Of a DNA stretch of 64,000 nucleotides, positions 28,600 through 40,931 are shown one piece after another (positions within the stretch are counted from its first letter, which is position 1; the number at the start of each line of letters is the position of its first letter). The position numbers and the translations under genes were made by a program. The stretch comes from Eledone cirrhosa (Eukaryota). Below the pieces are notes generated by a model, which had not been told where the DNA came from, made no database searches, and worked only from the letters and a program-made list of their open reading frames with translations. Where the stretch lies: the NCBI GenBank assembly GCA_964016885.1, contig OZ024740.1:380742001-380806000 (forward strand). The letters run 5' to 3'.

Positions 28600-29329
28600 C
28601 TATCCGTTAGGGTATAACGTGGGGCTGTAATACAGGAAAGTTTTGTGCAATTTATGTTTACAAGCCGAAATTGCCTCAGATTTTTTGTTTAAGATGTGGT
28701 CAGTGGCGTAGAGTATTTCCAGGGCCTCAGCGGCGCAGAGGTCACATGGTCTTTTATTTCCGTTATACGATCTAGCCCTAGCTAGGATCTCCCAGTGTAA
28801 CTTATATCTGGTGTGGTTGTCTTTTAGACTCCAGATATAAGCTGAAAGTGACGTCATATTCCTTCTTAGAGGGTAACAAAAAGAATGGGTATGCATGTAA
28901 AAACGCTGCTTGAATCTATTGGCGGTTAACACTATGTAGGCCCTACGGGACGTGGGTGTTACAACCTTACATTTGTAGACAATGTTGCTAGAGAAACATT
29001 TCCTGGATAGGGAGCAATCAACCCGACTCCTGCAATTACTGTTAGTACTAACTACAGGGTTGCACGTGTTCCTACGGCTAGGTAGTTTAGCTAAATTTGA
29101 AGCTGTGATGTTATGTGCAAGGTTAGGAGTCGTAGAGTAAGAAATTTTAATAGTATTTCTATTAAAAATTTTACTATATTTATGTGTAGGGGGAAACTGC
29201 TTCGTAATAAGGGAAAGAAAGATCTTAGCTAATGGTGTGGCCACCTCCATATTATATGGTGGGTTATACCAACAAATGCGACGGGATCTATTTCTTCTAG
29301 GTCTATTTTCGTACTCTGTATATGCTACC
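28600..29329 (-). pseudogene. PLE-B linker + GIY-YIG endonuclease remnant
   Basis: RNRSRRICWYNPPYN..FPPTHKYSKIFNRNTIKISYST..SNCRSRVDCSLSRKC..IVYKC..AYIVLT..FKQRF..CDLC..ILNKKSE..CKH, colinear with PLE-A C-terminus; YIG changed to YIV. Confidence 0.9.
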
Positions 29330-29415
29330 TATTTGCTCTACGGTTCTTATATATTTGATATATATTTATCCTTATCGAGCCCTCTTTGGATTTTAGTCTT
29401 CAAATTTATTATTAT

Positions 29416-29445
<30 letters not shown>

Positions 29446-29451
<6 letters not shown>

Positions 29452-29637
29452 TTATTTATTAAAATAACAGATTAAAGTTTAAGCAAAGAATCGCTGCTTT
29501 CACGCTTAACGGGATCTTTTGAAACTTTAATCTGTTATTTTAATAAATATTGCACTAGGGTTCTTATATATTTGATATATATTTATCCTTACCGAGCCCT
29601 CTTTGCATTTTAGTCTTCAAATTTATTATTATTACTA
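29446..29637. mobile_element. PLE-B terminal fragment, inverted pair
   Basis: Minus arm to gaaac at about 29525 then plus arm tttaatctg..attattacta. Confidence 0.8.
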
Positions 29638-29840
29638 TATATATATATATATATATGTATACGTGTATTTGTGTATGTGTACGTTAGGTGTGTAACATAT
29701 TGGGATCATGCATAATTAACGACCTACTTTACTTTTAATTAATTTAATTAACAACTGGTGTTATTTGTGTTTTTTCAGAATAATATTCCTTCTACAGCAT
29801 CGTTAATTTTGTTTCAACCCAATACTTACATATATATATA

Positions 29841-29964
<124 letters not shown>

Positions 29965-30212
29965 TATATGTATATATATATATATAAATAAATGTAAGTA
30001 TGTATGTATACGTACATGCATATATGTATACAGACGTACAGTAGCATGTATATATATACATACAGGCACACATACATATATGCACGTATCAGTTTACCGA
30101 AACATTTATTATAATGCTCGGTTTGTTCGTTTGTAAACAAACAAACAGCCTGAATTACGCCGTACAGTGTTTAGGCAACCACGTCACATTTTTGTTCAAC
30201 ACTGACACAGGA

Positions 30213-30255
30213 ACGATGTACTAGTTTCAAGCTTATTAGCTATCGTCAGCACCGT
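30213..30255 (-). ncRNA. Type I minimal hammerhead ribozyme in a diverged relative of the 467-bp unit
   Basis: Minus: acggtg CTGACGA tagctaataagctt GAAA ctagTA catcgt (GUA site). Confidence 0.8.
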
Positions 30256-30337
30256 ATACCTTTCTGCCAGATGGTTGAACGTCCGAAAGTATATACTTTC
30301 CTTATGAAAATTAACGGCTGAGCAGCCCCAATTTGCA

Positions 30338-30390
<53 letters not shown>

Positions 30391-30394
<4 letters not shown>

Positions 30395-31435
30395 ATAATA
30401 GTAAATTTGAAGACTAAAATCCAAAGAGGGCTCGATAAGGATAAATATATATCAAATATATAAGAACCGTAGAGCAAATATTTATTAAAATAACAGATTA
30501 AAGTTTAAGCAAAGAATCGCTGCTATCACCCTTAACGGGATCTTCTGAAACTATCAAAGTCAATCTGTAAACGCAGAAGTGGATATTTCGAAAAACGTTG
30601 CAACCGGAGGAAGACAGGAAGACGATACTTTGGTTCGTGGAAACGTTCCCTGGCAAAGAATGGGTAAAACGAATATAATACGTCATTAATAGGAGCGGTG
30701 AAAAACAATTACGCGCAAAGAAAGAACCACGTTTATGGTATAAAAGAGGTCGTAGACTAATATTCTCTTAGGTGGTTCATAGAGACGTTCTCTGGCAATG
30801 AACGAAAAAAACGAAGATAATACGTGATATGTGGATCGTAGAGAACAATTGCACGCAAAGTCAAAACCACGTAAATGGTATAGCAGAAGTCGTAGACTAA
30901 AATTCTAACTAGGAGACCGAATGAATCTGCGGTTCAGAACAACGTAAATAAATACAATACAGAGGTAATAGAAATTAAATAAATACATACACGCATACAA
31001 ATACGTACATACACAAGCATACGCGAAAACACTTACCATAGGTATACAAAACCACGCACATATAAATATGTGTGTGTGTGTATGCATGTATACAAATAAA
31101 TAAATAATTAAATAAACGTATATAAATAAATAAATACGTATATAACAAGCGCACACACATACCTACATGTAAATACACAAATGTTCGGAGACGTAAGTCA
31201 ACCAAAACATGAAGTACACATATACACACACCCTACATACGTACGAACCTGTATACTCACACAGACGCAAAACTCCCGTATACACATAACCAAACCATAT
31301 GTACCAGAATAAATAAAATTATACGCCATAACATATACAATCAAATATACGTACGAGAAGGTATACGTACCTTCACAAAACATACGGGTAAAATATACTT
31401 ACCTATGCAAATAAGTAATGGTATAAACAATGGTA
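30391..31435 (-). mobile_element. PLE-B 3' UTR copy with distal tail
   Basis: About 1 kb colinear with 27615-28540 plus tail; HHR motif has GAAA to GATA change. Confidence 0.85.
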
Positions 31436-31469
31436 TATATATATATATGGTATATATATATATATATAT

Positions 31470-31546
<77 letters not shown>

Positions 31547-31550
<4 letters not shown>

Positions 31551-32203
31551 ATAATAATAAAATTGAAGACTAAAATCCAAAGAGGGCTCGATAAGGATAA
31601 ATATATATCAAATTTATAAGAACCGTAGAGCAAATATTTATTAAAATAACAGATTAAAGTTTAAGCAAAGAATCGCTGCTTTCACCATTAACGGGATCTT
31701 CTGAAACTAAAAAAAGTCAATCTGTAAACGCAGAACTGGATATTTCAAAAAACGTTGCAACCGGAGGAAGACAGGAAGACGATACTTTGGTTCGTGGAAA
31801 CGTTCTGCTATACCATTTACGTGGTTTTGTGTTTGCGTGCTATTGTTCTCTACGATCCACATATGACTTATTATCTTCGCTTTTTCGTTCATTGCCAGAG
31901 AACGTCTCTATGCAACAGCTAAGAGAACATTAGTCTACGACCTCTTTTATACCATAAACGTGGTTCTGTCTTTGCGCGTAATTGTTTTTCACCGCTCCTA
32001 TTAATGACGTATTATTCGTTTTTTCCCGTGCTTTGCCAGCGAACGTTTCCACGAACCAAAGTATCGTCTTCCTGTCTTCCTCCGGTTGCAACGTTTTTTG
32101 AAATATCCAGTTCTGCGTTTACAGATTGACTTTGTTAGTTTCAGAAGATCCCGTTAAGGGTGAAAGCAGCGATTCTCTGCTTAAACTTTAATCTGTTATT
32201 TTA

Positions 32204-32210
<7 letters not shown>
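31547..32210. mobile_element. PLE-B terminal fragment, inverted pair
   Basis: Minus arm 31547-31805 (with tail), plus arm 31806-32210 (no tail); HHR-like motifs at 31658-31708(-) and 32137-32187(+). Confidence 0.85.
32137..32187 (+). ncRNA. PLE-B hammerhead-like motif with CAGAAGA core
   Basis: acagattga-ctttgtt-agttt CAGAAGA t ccc gttaa ggg t GAA agcag cgattct ctgcT T aaact ttaatctgt. Confidence 0.65.
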
Positions 32211-32240
<30 letters not shown>

Positions 32241-32408
32241 ATACAAAGAAATACACAGACATATGCGAATACATACATATACAACCATATACCCACATAT
32301 ATCCCTGAATTTGTGTGGTGCCAACCTTAACTGATGTTGCTCTATGAATAATAATAATAATAATGTATAATATATATATATATATATATATGCACGTATC
32401 AGTTTACC

Positions 32409-32493
<85 letters not shown>

Positions 32494-32544
32494 TACATAT
32501 ATATATACATATAAAAACAATATATATATATACATACATATATA

Positions 32545-32624
<80 letters not shown>

Positions 32625-32921
32625 CATATATATATATGTATATATATATACATATGAGGAGAGAGAGAGAAAAAGGGCAGTAGAGGGAGGGAGAGGGAAA
32701 ACGTGCGAGGGAAGTGAGTGCGGGAGAGAGGAAGACCTAGGGGTGGCGATACGGTTTGTTTGCTTGGGTGGAGTGAGGTTATATGCAAACGAGCTGAGTT
32801 CAAACTATAAAAGGAATAAACTTACTTGTGACCTTTATATGGAATTACTTTCCCTAAAAGTAAATAGTTAACAGTGTATGCGTGCGCGATTGTATATAAA
32901 TATATATATATATATAACTGA

Positions 32922-33222
32922 CTGGCACTCCGTCGGTTACGACGACGAGTGTTCCAGTTGCTACGATCAACGAAACATCCTGCTCGTGAAATTACCGTGC
33001 AAGTGGCTGAGCACTCTATAGACACGTGTACCCTTAATGTAGTTCTCAAGGAGATTCAGTGTGACACAGAATGTGACACAGCAAGCTCTTCGAATACAGG
33101 TACATTTTTGCCAGTGGAGTGGAGCAGCATGGAAATCAAGTGTCTTGCTCAAGGACACAATGCGCCGCCGGGAATCGAACTCACAATCTTACATATACCC
33201 TAACTGCAAAGCCACGCGCCTT
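32922..33222 (-). mobile_element. tRNA-derived SINE, family 2
   Basis: Minus strand B-box gagttcgattcc, ccttgagcaagacact motif, homolog at 2485-2745. Confidence 0.75.
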
Positions 33223-33345
33223 CAGAAATATATATGTGAGTGCGCGCGTGCGTGCGTGAATGCGTGTGTGTGTGTCAGTGTGTGTGTGTATGTGTGTGTG
33301 TTTGCCTGCGTGTGTCTATATGTATATATTAATATGTATATATTA

Positions 33346-33523
33346 ATAATTGTTTCTACTTTTGGCACAAGGCCAGCAAATACCGGTACTTTATTTTATC
33401 GACCCCGTAAGGATGAAAGTCAAAGTTAACCTCGGCGGGATTTGAACTCAGACCATAAAGGGCCGTAACTCTTTGCTGCAAAGCATGGCATCCGACTCTC
33501 TACTGATACTGCCAATCCACCGC
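33346..33523 (-). mobile_element. tRNA-derived SINE, family 1
   Basis: Reverse complement of the 58197-58386 consensus. Confidence 0.85.
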
Positions 33524-33651
33524 TTGTATATTAATATGTATAAATTAATATATGATAATATGTATATATTAATAATAAATGTTTGGTCCAATAACAGGTT
33601 CATTCATGTTGACATCTCTTGCTAAACTCATATATATTTATATATATATGT

Positions 33652-33925
33652 AAGATTGGAGGTGGTAAAAACCAGTTAGACAATTACTCACCAGTCTACT
33701 CGATAGTTGGGTAGTAGAGTGGGTAATATGAAAATATTCAGGACCTCGACGGCTAAGCTCCGTCCGTTTCAACAGCTAGATCCGAACTAAAGCGCCGGTA
33801 TTCGAGTGGACTATACCCCTGAGGAGTTCAGCTAGATTCCCGCCGCTTGAATACCGGTGCTTTAGTTCGGATCTAGCTGTTGAAACGGCCGGAGGTCAGC
33901 CGTCGGGGACCTGAATTTTTTCATA
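33652..33925. mobile_element. Inverted-arm HHR insertion (family G)
   Basis: 33727-33809 mirrors 33843-33925; left arm about 75 bp longer; TA flanks. Confidence 0.75.
33816..33907 (+). ncRNA. Type I hammerhead ribozyme with full stem III
   Basis: ccc CTGAGGA gttcagctagatt..gatctagctgtt GAA acggc-cggaggtca-gccgT C ggg (GUC site); stem I only 3 bp. Confidence 0.65.
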
Positions 33926-33999
33926 TATATATAACAAAGGAAGTGTGGTAAGATACCAGGTGGACCATAACGCACCAGAGTTTTTTTTTTTACATCCCT

Positions 34000-34330
34000 T
34001 TAAATCTGTTTCGCAGAACTCTCTGCAGTACTTTACTGGAGTAACTAATGATGGTTTTGTATTTTTGGTAGAGCAATAAGTTGCCTTTCTAATGTGCATC
34101 ATCAAGGCCCGGATCCATTCTTTTGGCATTGAAAAGAAGCTTTCTTGTCCTTGATATCTCCATCTTCTGGCTCTACAATTTTCAGGTTCTCCAATGGGAT
34201 GTTATCAACTCCTGGGCTTTTCCTCTTCTGAGTTTGTTCAACTTTCACCTGGAGTACTGGATTATCCCCAGGTTGTCCGTTATTGTAGTGGAATTATAAA
34301 GGATACTGGTGCCATATTTGTGTTTGTGGA
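34000..34330 (-). pseudogene. Decayed RTE-type LINE RT fragment
   Basis: Minus strand KRKSPGVDNIPLENLK and PKEWIRAL.. RT N-terminal motifs, with frameshifts. Confidence 0.6.
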
Positions 34331-34951
34331 TGTAGGACTATTTGCAATACTTGAAATTATCTTGTTATAACATCTATATGATGAGTGAGCAAGTTTATCC
34401 TCAGTTACGTTGGCACTGTAAACATTACACATGCTCTTTCATTCTGTCCCGTTTCTTCAAATCCGCCTTTTCCGAGTTCAGTCATACACGTACATTCTCG
34501 TAAAACCTTTTAACCTCTAAATTATTTTAAAGTAGGGATGAATATCTGTATTAATATAGAATTAATTTAACTGATGTGCTCGTAAGACTATATTGCGCTC
34601 CAAGAATGTGTATGCTGAAAGCGAACACATATAAGTTAAGAACTCACAGAGCAGCTTTTGTAGATGTCTTCGAAGTCATAGATCAATGAATCCATTAGAT
34701 CTTCACCATATCAAACTGGATGGTCATTATTTTCGAACCAGTAGTATTTTCATAAATGAATGAAGAAATATTTGATTTAAATATAAATCTTTCATTTGTC
34801 TGAGACAACTGGAAAGTGTGTATGTCCATGCTACATATACCCTACTTATAAAATAAACATATGATGTTTATTTTATAAATTCCATGTACTGACTTATGTA
34901 CCAGGAGTCACCCTTCCTTCAAACTCTAGTCCGTAAGAAGCAAGCTTTGTT

Positions 34952-34999
<48 letters not shown>
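34952..34999. repeat. (GTA)n microsatellite
   Basis: Perfect trinucleotide run. Confidence 0.95.
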
Positions 35000-35483
35000 T
35001 TTGTAGTAGCAGCAATGGTAGTGGTGTTAGAGGGGTGTAGGTTGTGGAGTGTGGTGGTCCGAGGGTAAACGAAGGAGAGTATTTATAATAGAACTATTCA
35101 CAAGTATTTCTTTCACAATTGTATTTTCTATTAAAGGTAAATATCAGATTTATAACGCAGTTGGCTAGATTCCTAGGCAAAAAAAATATTTCCTGCCAAT
35201 GTATATTGTTTCAGTGCTATGAATTCCAGTCTAAACAAATTAGGGATCACACAAGACACTTTGTCTACATAAATAGTATAGTCAATCCCTTTACCATACA
35301 AAACATTGTTGATTTTTGTTATCAGTATTATTATCTATAAGAATGGCAATTACAAACATTCCTTTCTAAATATTTCACCTCAATAAAGTATTTCATTCCA
35401 AGGATTAAACAATTGAATAGGAAGATAATCTCAATTTTTGGCATAGCTAATTCATTCCAGTTTCTTTTTGTGTATATATATAC

Positions 35484-35524
<41 letters not shown>

Positions 35525-35562
35525 GGTGGGGTGGGGGTGTATTTGGGTGGGGGGGGGGTGTA

Positions 35563-35622
<60 letters not shown>

Positions 35623-35935
35623 CGTGAGTGTGTGTGTGGTGTGTGTGTGTGTGTGTGTGTGCGTGAGTGTGTGTGTGGTGTGTGTGTATTTATATATATA
35701 AGAGGGGTGTACACACCATTGTCTATTGTTTTCAGAAAACATCATTTATCTATGTCTATATACATTTTACAGCTACATACGGCAACTTTTTCTTCAGATT
35801 ATAAATATCTGCTTTCACCTTTTAACGAGATATTCTGAAACTGCACAATATAAATGGAAATAAGGAAACCAAAAAGACAGAGAGAAAAAAATTAAGAAAC
35901 GAAAGTAATGGAAAGGAAGCTACAGACTCTACGCC

Positions 35936-37015
35936 TCAGTCTGAGTGGTATGTTTCAGCTGGCCCCGCAGACAAAATGTCGAAGGCATTACTGTAGGGAA
36001 TGGTAAGCGATACTCGCTGCAAAAGCCACCCTATTTTCCGGGGCTCTTTCTTCAAACAGGTTGTACTCTTCTCGATCTTTCGGAGAAAAACAGCAGTTAG
36101 GGAACCGAGGGTACATGGGGTCTCGACAGCGACCGGCGCGAAAAGGAATCGGTCTGTCAAGCTCCGATATTTGATTATTTTCCTCTCCACTGCATTGCGG
36201 TCAATGTTGCCCAGGGTTGCAGCCAAAGCAACAAGACTGGAGCCGGAAAACCAACTGCAGCACGTGGCGTCACAGATTAGGGAGTTATTCCGTCTGGCGC
36301 TTACTATGACCAGAATTGAGGCCAGCTGACGCTTGTGGCGGGAAGCTGACCGCGTCAAGACACCTTGTGATTATATCGTTCAGAGCGGCGTGTTAAGTGA
36401 AGTAACCTGCGGAATGGCGGTGGTATAGTGGGTGCAGCCCGAACTCGTGAGCAACAGCTCCACAACGGCATTTGTGTAGCTCACACACGTGGAGGCCGAT
36501 GCGCTGTACCTCTCCGATGTGAATGCACTCATCATCAAGAAGGATACTGGTTAATGAGGAGGGCACCGAATTGATCCATACATCGTTGTTTTGCTGCAAG
36601 GCAGAACGGAGGCAGGCGAGACGATGTTTGTCTAAGGAAGACTCGACCAGCCTGAAGGTTGACCTGCACGTCATGTTATCTCAATTACGTTGGACATAAG
36701 CATACTTGGTGACGACACAATCTTTCCGACATACTTTTCAGATGTGTATGGCTGGTCTCCAGACACCCTCGCACAGCTTTCGAGAGGATTGGTGAGCCGG
36801 AAATGTAGGCATCGTCGTTCGGTGTTAGTTGTACTCCAGTTAGGATAGGTTGCTGCTGAGTACGGCGTCTTGAAATTCAGTTTCTGTGTAGCTTACATGC
36901 ATCACCTCGGACTTGGACGAGTTGATCTTAAGTCCATGGGCTGATAGGGATCGAATGATTTCCTGAAGTTCGACAGGCTTCCGTGTCACCCAGTGTCGTA
37001 TCATCCAGGTAACAG
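35936..37015 (-). pseudogene. Decayed CRE-clade non-LTR retrotransposon (RT remnant, zinc knuckle, restriction-like endonuclease)
   Basis: Minus: CYLDDTTLG; HKCRCGAVAHEFGLHPL; LICDATC..AVERKIIKY..FLFAPVAVET..WLLQRVSLTIPYSNA. Confidence 0.8.
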
Positions 37016-37310
37016 TCATTCTATGTGATTCTCTTTTGTTAAACGGTAATAGTTTGCTATATTTCTAGCAAGTCGTGTGATCTGATTCGGTAAATATTTA
37101 AAGCACGAAACACCTCGACTTCTAAATAAAGAAGTATTTGCCGAAGGAAAGAGATGATATGTTAATATAAATAAGGATATCCGCTACAGTATGGAAATGC
37201 ATCCCATCTAGAGGCCTCGTAGTTGTTTTGTCACAATTCGTATAGATATATAGATATAATTCGAATATTTACATAGTTTTGTATGATCTTATCTTATCTT
37301 TTTTTGCCAT

Positions 37311-37869
<559 letters not shown>

Positions 37870-38249
37870 ATATGTATGTGTGTGTGTGTGTGTATGTGTG
37901 CGTGGGTATATAATAATAAACAAGAAAGGTGGTTTCATTCGTACATCCCTATTTATTTTGTTATACGTATTTCAAAGACGTAAGCCAATTGTATAAAAAC
38001 TCCCTACGGATGAACAAAAACCTGGGAGTGCTTTACTCTGTTAAGAAAAAGTCGGCAGATTTTCAATCAACCAACTTTCTCCAATTGAATAAATAAATAA
38101 ATAAATAAATAAAAATCTCCATCTCAATTCTACTTTTGAAAAGCAGCAGAAATGCGAAACCGGTAAAGGAACCAAATAAATATATATTATAAAAAAAACC
38201 GCTCCAGTTGCATTTTCGATTCATCTTTTTTCCCTATATATATATATAC

Positions 38250-38318
<69 letters not shown>

Positions 38319-38390
38319 GGAGCTTCCAACAGAAATGGTCGCATTCTTTAAGAGTATGTCCATATTTATTTATAAAGCTGCTCTATATTA

Positions 38391-38455
38391 TATTTTATCT
38401 GATGAAAGCACACCATAATTTAACTTGGTGTCCTTGAAATATGTATAATAAAATA
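38391..38455 (+). ncRNA. Type I minimal hammerhead ribozyme (family D)
   Basis: tattttat CTGATGA aagcacacca..tggtgtcctt GAAA tatgtaTA ataaaata; stem II covaries with 9265 copy. Confidence 0.85.
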
Positions 38456-38739
38456 AATATGGTTTTATAAATATAGTTTCCATTTGTTAATATATCGTAT
38501 ATATATATATATATAACAATTAAGTTAAAAATGTACATCTACATATGCATACTGAAATACTAGTGTGCATATGAATACACACACGTATACATATGTAGAT
38601 GTAACAAGTCTTTCACTGGTTACTTTACTGTGAGTAACCCAGCTATTCTGTATGTAAACACACAGATAAACCGGTTTTTAGAGTCATACTGGTTTTCGAG
38701 GAAACACCTTTCCTCTATTCTCCAGAAAGCCAGACAAGG

Positions 38740-38784
38740 AATATTGAACTAGTTTCGTTGTTGTTACAACTCATCAGCAATATT
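38740..38784 (-). ncRNA. Array hammerhead ribozyme (also 39207-39251, 39673-39717, 40140-40184, minus)
   Basis: Reverse complement of aatattg CTGATGA gttgt-aaca-acaac GAAA ctagTT caatatt. Confidence 0.9.
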
Positions 38785-40886
38785 TACCTATCTACCGGCC
38801 TTTCTGGAGAATCGTAAAAGCACATATCGTTATATGCTTTTTCTATGAAAATTAGTAGTGGGCAGACTAATTTGCATAGAGTGTGAGTACGCACCGGTTC
38901 AGCGGAGACGATAATAACAAATAACGAAACGAAATTAAATTTCGTTTCGTTTGTAACTCACTTTTGTATGACTGACGCTTAAACAATTAAGTTAAAAATG
39001 TACATCTACATATGCATACTGAAATACTAGTGTGCATATGAATACACACACGTATACATATGTAGATGTAACAAGTCTTTCACTGGTTACTTTACTGTGA
39101 GTAACCCAGCTATTCTGTATGTAAACACACAGACAAACCGGTTTTTAGAGTCATACTGGTTTTCGAGGAAACACCTTTCCTCTATTCTCCAGAAAGCCAG
39201 ACAAGGAATATTGAACTAGTTTCGTTGTTGTTACAACTCATCAGCAATATTTACCTATCTACCGGCCTTTCTGGAGAATCGTAAAAGCACATATCGTTAT
39301 ATGCTTTTTCTATGAAAATTAGTAGTGGGCAGACTAATTTGCATAGAGTGTGAGTACGCACCGGTTCAGCGGAGACGATAATAACAAATAACGAAACGAA
39401 ATTAAATTTCGTTTCGTTTGTAACTCACTTTTGTATGACTGACGGTTAAACAATTAAGTTAAAAATGTACATCTACATATGCATACTGAAATACTAGTGT
39501 GCATATGAATACACACACGTATACATATGTAGATGTAACAAGTCTTTCACTGGTTACTTTACTGTGAGTAACCCAGCTATTCTGTATGTAAACACACAGA
39601 CAAACCGGTTTTAGAGTCATACTGGTTTTCGAGGAAACACCTTTCCTCTATTCTCCAGAAAGCCAGACAAGGAATATTGAACTAGTTTCGTTGTTGTTAC
39701 AACTCATCAGCAATATTTACCTATCTACCGGCCTTTCTGGAGAATCGTAAAAGCACATATCGTTATATGCTTTTTCTATGAAAATTAGTAGTGGGCAGAC
39801 TAATTTGCATAGAGTGTGAGTACGCACCGGTTCAGCGGAGACGATAATAACAAATAACGAAACGAAATTAAATTTCGTTTCGTTTGTAACTCACTTTTGT
39901 ATGACTGACGCTTAAACAATTAAGTTAAAAATGTACATCTACATATGCATACTGAAATACTAGTGTGCATATGAATACACACACGTATACATATGTAGAT
40001 GTAACAAGTCTTTCACTGGTTACTTTACTGTGAATAACCCAGCTATTCTGTATGTAAACACACAGACAAACCGGTTTTTAGAGCCATACTGGTTTTCGAG
40101 GAAACACCTTTCCTCTATTCTCCAGAAAGCCAGACAAGGAATATTGAACTAGTTTCGTTGTTGTTACAACTCATCAGCAATATTTACCTATCTACCGGCC
40201 TTTCTGGAGAATCGTAAAAGCACATATCGTTATATGCTTTTTCTATGAAAATTAGTAGTGGGCAGACTAATTTGCATAGAGTGTGAGTACGCACCGGTTC
40301 AGCGGAGACGATAAAAACAAATAACGAAACGAAATTAAATTTCGTTTCGTTTGTAACTCACTTTTGTATGACTGACGCTTAAACAATTAAGTTAAAAATG
40401 TACATCTACATATGCATACTGAAATACTAGTGTGCATATGAATACACACACGTATACATATGTAGATGTAACAAGTCTTTCACTGGTTACTTTACTGTGA
40501 GTAACCCAGCTATTCTGTATGTAAACACACAGACAAACCGGTGTGTTTACATACAGAATAGCTGGGTTACTCACAGTAAAGTAACCAGTGAAAGACTTGT
40601 TACATCTACATATGTATACGTGTGTGTATTCATATGCACACTAGTATTTCAGTATGCATATGTAGATGTACATTTTTAACTTAATTGTTTAAGCGTCAGT
40701 CATACAAAAGTGAGTTACAAACGAAACGAAATTTAATTTCGTTTCGTTATTTGTTTTTATCGTCTCCGCTGAACCGGTGCGTACTCACACTCTATGCAAA
40801 TTAGTCTGCCCACTACTAATTTTCATAGAAAAAGCATATAACGATATGTGCTTTTACGATTCTCCAGAAAGGCCGGTAGATAGGTA

Positions 40887-40931
40887 AATATTGCTGATGA
40901 GTTGTAACAACAACGAAACTAGTTCAATATT
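40887..40931 (+). ncRNA. Array hammerhead ribozyme (also 41354-41398, 41820-41864, plus)
   Basis: aatattg CTGATGA gttgt-aaca-acaac GAAA ctagTT caatatt; stem I extended by ttctccagaaag..ctttctggagaa. Confidence 0.9.

Larger units (their letters stand above)
27615..29420 (-). mobile_element. Second Penelope-like family (PLE-B): 5'-truncated copy with 1 kb 3' UTR and inverted 90-bp tail
   Basis: GIY-YIG remnant 28600-29329, 3' UTR shared with 30391-31435, HHR-like motif at 27640-27690, plus-strand tail 29330-29420. Confidence 0.88.
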
